Shown: positions 24,511-31,707 of the stretch, in pieces
Position numbering within the stretch: position 1 is the stretch's first letter
Layout of the letters: each line of letters starts with the position of its first letter
Assembly (NCBI RefSeq): GCF_013415485.1
Contig: NZ_JACBXS010000036.1
Location: 1-32,000 of the forward strand
DNA: 32,000 nucleotides
Source: Rhabdonatronobacter sediminivivens
Lineage (GTDB): Bacteria > Pseudomonadota > Alphaproteobacteria > Rhodobacterales > Rhodobacteraceae
Reading direction: 5' to 3'
Program-made: the position numbers and the translations under genes
Notes under the pieces: generated by a model
Database searches by the model: none
The model's input: the letters and a program-made list of their open reading frames with translations, nothing else
Told to the model about the DNA's origin: nothing

Positions 24511-25251
24511 TCACGGGGCCTGGAAGTCCGGGTAAGGTATGCCGTTCTCGCGGATCCAGTCCTCGGTGGTCTTGAGGTCCTCAAGGCTGTGGACATCCAG
24601 GCAGCCCTTGGTCGGATACGGCTTGATCCGGGTGCCCATGCAATCCCACGGCCCCTGCCCGCCCGGCGTGCGGATCGCATCCGCGCGCAGCACCCAGATG
24701 GAATGATCGAAGAAATAGCAGGTGGGCAGGTCCTGGCGGTTGGCCGAGACCGGCGCCCCGGTATCGACAAAGGGTTTCAGCAGGCCTTCGTCGGTCACGC
24801 CCTTGGCGCGCATGGGATGGTATTCGTTGTGTTCATGGCTGGGCACCACGGAACTGAGGCTCGCATCCGCCAGAAGCTGGTCGATGCAATCGTCGATGAT
24901 CTGTTCGGATATGGTGCCGACATTGGCATGCTGCACGATCACGATATCCACCGGGCCGTCGGCCTCGATCACCTTCAGCGCATGGCGCACCGCATCGCAG
25001 CTTTGCGCGGTGTCGCTGGCCAGTTCATCGGGACGGCGGATCTTCGCATACCCGGCCTGTGCCGCCGTATCGAGGATCTTCTCGTCATCGCTGCTGATGT
25101 AGTAACGGCCGATATGGCGGCTGCGCCGCGCCGCCGCCGCTGCCCAATGCAGCAGCGGATGGCCCAGCACCGGCAGGATGTTCTTGTCTTTCAGCGAGCT
25201 TCCCCCCCGCCCGATCATCAATGCCGCGATCGTCGCGCGCTTTTCACTCAT
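24511..25251 (-). CDS. Acylneuraminate cytidylyltransferase-family protein, paralog 2
   Basis: MSEKRATIAALMIGRGGSSLKDKNILPVLGHPLLHW. ATG at 25251 lies 5 nt after the upstream stop. The track start 25410 is rejected because that extension is Arg/Gly junk. Confidence 0.85.
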   Translation of the reverse strand: MSEKRATIAALMIGRGGSSLKDKNILPVLGHPLLHWAAAAARRSRHIGRYYISSDDEKILDTAAQAGYAKIRRPDELASDTAQSCDAVRHALKVIEADGPVDIVIVQHANVGTISEQIIDDCIDQLLADASLSSVVPSHEHNEYHPMRAKGVTDEGLLKPFVDTGAPVSANRQDLPTCYFFDHSIWVLRADAIRTPGGQGPWDCMGTRIKPYPTKGCLDVHSLEDLKTTEDWIRENGIPYPDFQAP

Positions 25252-25256
25252 GCCGC

Positions 25257-26798
25257 TTACCCTGCCTTTCGGAAATACTTGTGGTGTTCGCTCTCGTTCA
25301 CGCGCTTCTCCTCCGAGCCGATGATCACCTCGGCCTCGCGGATGGCGGCGACGTAATCGGCGAATTCGCGGGTGGTCAGATCCAGCGCCACGGCATCGAA
25401 ATGGGCCCATTCGGTATTGCCCAGCTTCACATGCTTTTCCACCATCCGCGCGCCCGCCGCCACCGCCAGGGTTGACGCCAGGGCGCCGAAATCATGGCTG
25501 GAATAGGCCGGGACGATATGGGGGTGCGCCTTCGACAGATCCCGGTAATGGCGGATCACGCCGATGTCGCAATCATGCAGCGGCGTGGGATAGGCGGAGT
25601 TGCACTGCATCAGATACAGCCGGTCGCAACTGGTGAAGGTCTCCAGCACCCATTGTTCATAGGCGGTGTCGGTCATGCCCGTGGACAGCACGATCCCGCC
25701 TTTGTACGTGTTCGCCACATGGGCCAGATAGTCGGTATGTTCCGAAATGGTCGAGGGCAGCTTGACCAGCTCGGGCTCGAACTGCTGCATGAAGCGGAAC
25801 GAGGGTTCATCGAGCACCGAGGCGAACCAGCGGATGCCAAGATCACGGCACAGCCGGTCCAGGAATTCGAAATCTTCCTGGCTCAGTTCCAGCGCGTGGC
25901 GATAATCGCGGAAGGTGGTGCCGAAGGGCGAGACATATTTCCCGTCCAGCTGCTCCTTGGGGTAGAAGCTTTCCACGTCGCGCTTCTGGACCTTGACGAA
26001 ATCGGCCCCTGCGGCGCGGGCGGCGCGCACCATGCGTTCCAGCCGGTTGCGGTCGCCGAAATGGTTGGTGGTCAGTTCCGCGGTGACCAGCACCCGGTCG
26101 GGGTCGGTGTCGGTGCCGCTGTCCAGTTCGGGCAGGAAACGGGTGTTCAGCTCCTCAGGGGTCAGGCCGGAAAACGCCCGGTCGCCCACATGCTGGATGT
26201 CCACCTCGCTGTCGCGCAGCATGTACAGGGTGTTGATGAAATAGAATTCCTGCGGGGAAATGCGGGCCATGCGCTCGCCGGTCTCGGTGGGGGCGTAATC
26301 ATGGTCGATGGCATGGGCATAGCCCTTGGTGGCGGCGAAATCGAAGCCCAGCATATAGACCGTCTGGGTGCGCCCGCGCTGGCGCGCGATCAGGCGCGCC
26401 AGCCGCAGCGCCGAGACAAAGAGCACATCCTCGATCACGAAATCCTCGCCCGGGGTGTCGGTGACCAGGCGGCTCATCATCACGTCGGTGCCTTCCTGAT
26501 CGCCGCGCACATGGCGCGCGTGCGCCACATCGCCGCGCGGCGGGGCGATATCCTGCGGGGTCACATAAAGCCGTGAGCGCCAGCCGCTGGCCTTGAGCGC
26601 CTCATGCACCCAGCCGTCATGAAAGATGGTGATGTCGCAGGGCGCAATGCGTTCGGCATCGTTGAGCCCGATCACCAGCGCATTGGACAGAAGCGCCGGG
26701 TTGATCCGGTCAACCGACGGTCCCTTGCCCAGAATGAAGATCGTATCGGTGCCGAATGTCGACGCGATACTTTCGACCCGGTTCGAGAAATTCGCCAT
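25257..26798 (-). CDS. NeuB-family (sialic/ulosonic acid synthase) TIM-barrel domain fused to an N-terminal ~235-aa GxGPS transferase-like domain; no SAF domain
   Basis: C-terminal half: VTAELTTNHFGDRNRLERMVRAARAAGADFVKVQKRD...VKLPSTI...YSSHDFG...ARMVEKHV. N-terminal half: TIFILGKGPSVDRINPALLSNALVIGLNDA...TVYMLGFDF. Start ATG 26798 has GAAGGGA ~10 nt upstream; the alternative is 26828. Confidence 0.85.
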   Translation of the reverse strand: MANFSNRVESIASTFGTDTIFILGKGPSVDRINPALLSNALVIGLNDAERIAPCDITIFHDGWVHEALKASGWRSRLYVTPQDIAPPRGDVAHARHVRGDQEGTDVMMSRLVTDTPGEDFVIEDVLFVSALRLARLIARQRGRTQTVYMLGFDFAATKGYAHAIDHDYAPTETGERMARISPQEFYFINTLYMLRDSEVDIQHVGDRAFSGLTPEELNTRFLPELDSGTDTDPDRVLVTAELTTNHFGDRNRLERMVRAARAAGADFVKVQKRDVESFYPKEQLDGKYVSPFGTTFRDYRHALELSQEDFEFLDRLCRDLGIRWFASVLDEPSFRFMQQFEPELVKLPSTISEHTDYLAHVANTYKGGIVLSTGMTDTAYEQWVLETFTSCDRLYLMQCNSAYPTPLHDCDIGVIRHYRDLSKAHPHIVPAYSSHDFGALASTLAVAAGARMVEKHVKLGNTEWAHFDAVALDLTTREFADYVAAIREAEVIIGSEEKRVNESEHHKYFRKAG

Positions 26799-27534
26799 GA
26801 TAGGGTTTCCCTTCAACTTCGATATCACAATGATGTTCGCGCGCCAGCATCAGCCCGGGCAGCAGATCCCAGGAATAGGCCCCGCGCGGGTTGGTAAAAC
26901 GGGCAAAGGCCCCGCGCACGACATTATACAGGTTATACACCGCGCAGCCCATCAGGCGGCTTTCGCGGGTCTCGGCCATGCCTTGCAGGATTTCATCACA
27001 CATGGATGACGAAAACCCGCGAATGCGCGACCGGATGGGCACCAGCGTATCGCCGGTCATCAGATGTTCGTTCAGTTCGGGCAGATACAGCAGGCTGCCC
27101 AGATGGGTTGTCCCGTGCCAGAGCGTGAAGGACACGCCCCATTCCTTCAGGCCGGAACAGAAATTCTCGGTCCCGTCGATCGGGTCCAGGATGGCGTAAT
27201 AGCCCGCACTGGTCAGGTCGGTCTCGGCGGAAAAGGTTTCTTCGCCGGCGAAGGTGACATCGGGGATGCGCGCGGCCAGATAGTCATGGATCAGGGTTTC
27301 GATCAGCACGTCCGAGGCGGTGACCGGGCTGCCATCGGGCTTGATGGTGATGTCATAGCGGCTGGCCTGGATGCGCTCCATGTTGGCGCGCACCAGATCC
27401 ATCAGCCCCGCCATCAGGGCGCGGGTCTGCGCCAGATCCGGCAGGGTGTCGGCCTGCAGGCGCGGTTCGGCGGCGGTCGATGCGGCGGCGGTCGATGCAG
27501 CAGGGGGCGGGGCGGCGGGGGGCGGAGGCGTCAT
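26710..27534 (-). CDS. Inositol monophosphatase / CysQ-family phosphatase
   Basis: ILDPIDGTENF and YSWDLLPGLMLARE motifs. Its ATG overlaps the upstream stop (ATGA). Its 3' end overlaps the next gene by 89 nt. The N-terminus is Pro/Ala-rich and contains a 15-bp x2 repeat at 27469-27498. Confidence 0.85.
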   Translation of the reverse strand: MTPPPPAAPPPAASTAAASTAAEPRLQADTLPDLAQTRALMAGLMDLVRANMERIQASRYDITIKPDGSPVTASDVLIETLIHDYLAARIPDVTFAGEETFSAETDLTSAGYYAILDPIDGTENFCSGLKEWGVSFTLWHGTTHLGSLLYLPELNEHLMTGDTLVPIRSRIRGFSSSMCDEILQGMAETRESRLMGCAVYNLYNVVRGAFARFTNPRGAYSWDLLPGLMLAREHHCDIEVEGKPYHGEFLEPGRKYRVDIRHRYDLHSGQGTVG

Positions 27535-30500
27535 TCTGCGGCATTCCTTTCGGCGTCAGCTTTGGACGGAGGGGGATCAAGCGGCTTTTCCAGCCCCAGC
27601 AGGTCGAAGAAATCCACCCGCTCCAGCATGTCCAGCTTGCCCCCCGGCGAGGCGTTGTAGAGCCGGCAGCCATCGCTTTCGACGGCCTTCTGCAGATTGG
27701 CAAAGGCCAGGTTGACCATCTCGGTGCCCGATCCGCCGGGGCGGAAATTGGCCAGCCGTTCGGTCTCCTTGCGGCCGCCGCCGTAGAAATGCGTCACCGC
27801 GCCGGAATAATCCAGATCGACCCCGATGATGTAGATTTCCGAATAGCCCATCAGATGCGCCAGCTGCGCGGCCAGCACCACCACGGTCTCGCCGCGGTGG
27901 AAATGCAGCGGCGCATGGCGGAAGGGGGCCAGCGACAGCTTCAGCCCCGAAGACCCCAGCGGGATCGCGGGCACCGTGGGCGGCTTGCGCCACAGGCAGT
28001 TCGAGGCGACGAAGAATTTCTCGACCGAGGCGCCGTCGGCGTCGATCTCCCCGGCGTGGTTCTTGTAGACAAGCGGATCGGCCACCACCAGGTATTTCGG
28101 CTGCGGCAGGCCCACATCCAGCGCCCGCATCCCGCGGTTGACGCAGAAGATATCCTCGCCCGCCAGCGCGCCCAGCGGCAGATCGGCGATCGACGGGGCA
28201 TTGCCGACGATGAAGCAGCGCTTGCGCCCGGCCAGGTTCAGGGTGGTGCCCGCATCGAAGCCCAGATGGCGCTGCTGCCAGTCGCCGATACGCTCGGCCA
28301 TCTGGGTGAAGCCCAGCCGTTCGGCACAGGCCAGCAACCGCGCGACCACGCCCGCCGACAGCGGCAGGCGGAACAGCAGCCCCGTGGTCAGCGACATGGC
28401 GAACCCGTCCAGGTCGTTCTGCGCCAGCTGGTCCAGAAAGGCGGTGGCCTCGGCCTCGGCCCCGGCGACATCGGCGCGCCCCAGCATGATGTCGATCTTG
28501 TTGCGGATGACGTTCCAGACCTTCCTGACGTTCGCGTCGGTCAGCTCGCCGGGGGCGGGCAGGGCCAGCAGCGCTTCGACCTGCTCCCAGTCGCGCCGGC
28601 GCATGAAGAACTGCAGCAGCTCTTCTTGCTGCACCGGGTCCATCTCCAGCCCCTGGGCGGCGGTCTCGGCGATCCGGGCGGCATGGGTCACGGCGACCGC
28701 ATCGCCCTGCGCGGGATTGAGCAGCATGCCGATGGAATCGGACAGGAACTTGCCGTCATAAAGCGTGGCGATGCGCAAAAGCAGCTCGTGGATTTCCTGC
28801 GGCAGGAAGGATTGCGGCGCGGGGTGCAGCCGGATCAGGTCATAGATCCAGCGGGTGACGCGCAGTGTCTCGATGCTCTTTGGCAGTTTCTGCGTCACCG
28901 CCGCCTGCATCACATCGCGCATGGCGGCGAAATCGCCGCGCCGGTAATGGATTTCGATCATGGCGCGCAGCCACAAGGTGTCGCGCGCGTAGCGGGCCGT
29001 GTATGTCTCCAGCACTTCCTCGCAGTCCTCCAGCCGCGAACTTTCCAGCAACGAGAGCACCAGCGAGGGAAAATAGATGCGCGGCTCCGGCGCGCTTTCC
29101 AGCAGCTTGCGCACCCACCAGATCGAGGCCGAATGGCGGGTATTCGCCGACAGGAGCCGCGCCACCATGGCGCGGACATTCTCGGGGTAGAAGCGGCGGG
29201 CGCGGCGGGCAAACAGCAGCGCCCCGGCCTCGTCCACCGATTGCACGGTGGTGGCCAGCGTCAACATGCCGGTGGCGCGCAGCCGGCCGATGCGGATGGC
29301 CTCGGTGCGCGCGCGCGCGTTTTCGACCCCGATGCGATAGACCCATTCGGGCGGCATGGCCCCGGCCTCGGTGGGGTCGATGGCTTCGACCTTCTGCCAG
29401 CGCTCCAGCGCCACGGCCCAGGCATCCTGGGCGATGGCGACCTCGGAATGCAGCTTCAGATAGGCGATCTCGCGCGGGAATTTGGTGACCAGGCGCTTGG
29501 CCTCTTCTTCGGCCGCGTCCGGATCCCCGGCCTGCACCAGCGCGCGCACGCCGCGCAGATAGCTGCTGGTCTTGGCCACGCCGGTGGCCTTCAGCCCGCG
29601 CTTCAACCAGATATCGGCGGCGCGGGCCCAATCGCCCTGCGCTTCGGCCAGCAGCCCGTCGGCGCGCTGAAAGCCGGTATCCGCATCATGGCTGGCGCGC
29701 AGCCCTTCGACCAGGGCCTCGGCCCGGGGCAGGTCGCCCAGCTGGACAAAGGCTTCGACCACCGAAAGCTGCAGCTTCGGCTCCACCAGGGCGCCGCTGT
29801 CCTCGATCATCTGCCAGCGCAGGGCGACATCGCTCCAGCGTCTGGCCTTCAGCGCCAGCCGGCACCAGGCCTCCAGCAGCAGGGGGTTGGCCTCGAACCG
29901 GGCCAGACCGTCGCGCAGGATCGCATCGGCGCGGGCCAGATCGCCCATTTCCGCCGCCGCCTGGCTCAGCCCGACATAGGGTTCGGCAGGCAGCGCCAGC
30001 GCGTGCTGCCAATGGCGCGAGGCCTCCAGCCAGTCGCCCTTCTTCGCTGCCGCACGGGCCTTGGCCGACAGCCGGTCCAGGGCGGTGCTCTGGCCCGGAG
30101 CGGCGGCGGGCGGGGCGGCGGGCGGCGGGGTGGCGGGGCCGGGTTTCAGCGTGGCCTTGAGCTTGCGTATCTCCTCCTGGGCGGCCTTGGTGGCGGCCTC
30201 GGCAGCGGCCTTGCGGGCTTCGGCAATGGCGGTCTTCCGGACGGATTCGGCCTCCTTGCGGCGGGCGGCTTCCGTGGCCTTCCGGGCCTTCTGGTCCTCG
30301 CTCGCGGCCTTGGCGGGGTTGATGATCCGGTTTTCCGCAACACCGATCACTTCATAGTGGACCAGCGGGTTCAGCCCGCTGGTGGCCACATCCGGGTAGC
30401 GCGAGACATAGAGCGCCGTGTCGAAGAACTTGCCGGGGTTATACCCTTTCTGCGCGCCCTCGGTCAGGTAATGCTCGGCCGGGTCCAGGCCCTGCGCCTT

Positions 30501-30584
30501 CACCTCGGGATAGGTGCTGCGATACCAGCTCTTGTGCAGGTGCTTGGAATTCTTTATCTTTTCCAGTTGTTCGGAAATATCCAC
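27531..30584 (-). CDS. 1017-aa protein: shared N-module, Ala/Lys/Glu coiled coil, long TPR array, and C-terminal GT42/DUF115 (Maf)-like CMP-nonulosonate transferase-like domain
   Basis: GTG start with GGAGG ~8 nt upstream. (M)DISEQLEKIKNSKHLHKSWYRSTYPEVKAQGLDPAEHYLTEGAQKGYNPGKFFDTALYVSRYPDVATSGLNPLVHYEVIG. C-terminus: CFIVGNAPSIADLPLGALAGEDIFCVNRG...LMGYSEIYIIGVDLDY, compare Cst-II IIAGNGPSLKEID...DVFRCNQF...LGYKEIYLSGIDFY. Confidence 0.85.
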   Translation of the reverse strand: MDISEQLEKIKNSKHLHKSWYRSTYPEVKAQGLDPAEHYLTEGAQKGYNPGKFFDTALYVSRYPDVATSGLNPLVHYEVIGVAENRIINPAKAASEDQKARKATEAARRKEAESVRKTAIAEARKAAAEAATKAAQEEIRKLKATLKPGPATPPPAAPPAAAPGQSTALDRLSAKARAAAKKGDWLEASRHWQHALALPAEPYVGLSQAAAEMGDLARADAILRDGLARFEANPLLLEAWCRLALKARRWSDVALRWQMIEDSGALVEPKLQLSVVEAFVQLGDLPRAEALVEGLRASHDADTGFQRADGLLAEAQGDWARAADIWLKRGLKATGVAKTSSYLRGVRALVQAGDPDAAEEEAKRLVTKFPREIAYLKLHSEVAIAQDAWAVALERWQKVEAIDPTEAGAMPPEWVYRIGVENARARTEAIRIGRLRATGMLTLATTVQSVDEAGALLFARRARRFYPENVRAMVARLLSANTRHSASIWWVRKLLESAPEPRIYFPSLVLSLLESSRLEDCEEVLETYTARYARDTLWLRAMIEIHYRRGDFAAMRDVMQAAVTQKLPKSIETLRVTRWIYDLIRLHPAPQSFLPQEIHELLLRIATLYDGKFLSDSIGMLLNPAQGDAVAVTHAARIAETAAQGLEMDPVQQEELLQFFMRRRDWEQVEALLALPAPGELTDANVRKVWNVIRNKIDIMLGRADVAGAEAEATAFLDQLAQNDLDGFAMSLTTGLLFRLPLSAGVVARLLACAERLGFTQMAERIGDWQQRHLGFDAGTTLNLAGRKRCFIVGNAPSIADLPLGALAGEDIFCVNRGMRALDVGLPQPKYLVVADPLVYKNHAGEIDADGASVEKFFVASNCLWRKPPTVPAIPLGSSGLKLSLAPFRHAPLHFHRGETVVVLAAQLAHLMGYSEIYIIGVDLDYSGAVTHFYGGGRKETERLANFRPGGSGTEMVNLAFANLQKAVESDGCRLYNASPGGKLDMLERVDFFDLLGLEKPLDPPPSKADAERNAAE

Positions 30585-30696
30585 CGTCTGACCCCTCCGA
30601 CAGACCCTGTGCTGTCGTGTTGTGCGGCCCCGCCACCGCGCCGGACGGTCCGCGCCTGTCTCTCAATCTGTTACTGCACTGCAGCATGAACAATAT

Positions 30697-31467
30697 TCAG
30701 GCTGTAGCCGGTTCTCCGTAATCTGTCGAGCCTTTGCCTGCATAGCTGGCGCGGGCATAGAAACCAATGACAGAGGTCAAATCCGCCGCCCCGATCATCC
30801 CCGGCACCAGGGCGAATTCGGCCATCCGCCCGATGGTGCGCACCGGTTGCGCGAAGCGTTCCACGGTGTGATAGGCGGGGCGGTCGGTATAGTCATCGAA
30901 CAGCACCGTGACCGGGCGGGTGATGCGCAGCGCCACGCTGGCCAGGCAGGCGGCCCGGAAGCGGCCGTCGATCAGCACCAGATCGGGGTGGCGAAAGAAG
31001 GGCTGATCCCAGATATCCAGCGGGTAGCGGTGAAACTGCGCCCAGGCGGCATCGCTGCGCGGCCGGCCCCAGGCGCCGGTGGGGCCGATATCGACATGAT
31101 GCACCACCACCGGCGAGGGCAGGCGCGCACGGTCCAGCGCCAGTTGCAGCCGCAGCGCCCAGGCGCGGTCGGATTCGACGCTGAAGATCATCTTGCCGGG
31201 CAGCCGCGCCGCCACCCAGGTGGACCCGCCCGAGCCATATTCCAGGATCACCCCCGCCCCCGCCTGGGCGGCGCGCAGATGGGCGGCCTCGGCCGCGGGG
31301 AAGGTCAGCTCGAACGCGGCGCCTGCACTGTCCGGCGCGGGGGCATCGGGGGCGTCGGAAGCGGCAGCATCGGAGGCGGGCGTCTCAGGGGCGGGGGGCG
31401 TTTCGGAAGCAGGGGGCGTTTCGGGCGCAGCATCCGGAGACGGGCTGTCCTGGGGCGGCTGGGTCAT
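30697..31467 (-). CDS. Putative class-I SAM-dependent methyltransferase with Pro/Ala/Asp-rich N-terminus
   Basis: VILEYGSGGSTWVAARL (motif I), PDLVLIDGRFR, TVLFDDY. AAGAGG lies 11 nt upstream of ATG 31467. The track start 31911 is rejected. Confidence 0.8.
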   Translation of the reverse strand: MTQPPQDSPSPDAAPETPPASETPPAPETPASDAAASDAPDAPAPDSAGAAFELTFPAAEAAHLRAAQAGAGVILEYGSGGSTWVAARLPGKMIFSVESDRAWALRLQLALDRARLPSPVVVHHVDIGPTGAWGRPRSDAAWAQFHRYPLDIWDQPFFRHPDLVLIDGRFRAACLASVALRITRPVTVLFDDYTDRPAYHTVERFAQPVRTIGRMAEFALVPGMIGAADLTSVIGFYARASYAGKGSTDYGEPATA

Positions 31468-31707
31468 CGCGGAACGGGCCTCTTGTGGCATCTGGGGCGC
31501 GCGGGCAGTTTCAGCACATGTTAGGGGCCATTGTGGCCGCGCGCACGCGGTTTTGCAAAGCCTGTCCTGAAATTGCAGGTCCGGTTCAAGGGGCACGCCC
31601 TCTTGCACCCCTGCCCGGCAGGGGGCAGGAAGTAGGCAGCACGGGCGACAGGCCCATGCGACAAGGGCGCAAAGCAGCAGAGGCGGGGCAGACCATGGCG
31701 GCGGCGG

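Noticed and set aside
22542-26576. ORFs 22542-23843 (-), 24211-25356 (+) and 25494-26576 (+); the same logic applies to 7779-8888 (-) and 2780-3694 (+)
   Set aside because: Each lies antisense to a gene with a clear family assignment (FkbM, the two NeuA-like genes, NeuB, PepM, Ugd). Their products are Gly/Arg/Asp/His-rich with no motifs.
27480-30689. 1069-aa plus-strand ORF
   Set aside because: It lies antisense to the 1017-aa TPR/GT42-like gene, whose frame has a GGAGG RBS, recognisable domains and proper codon bias. The plus-frame product is Gly/Arg/Gln/Pro low complexity.
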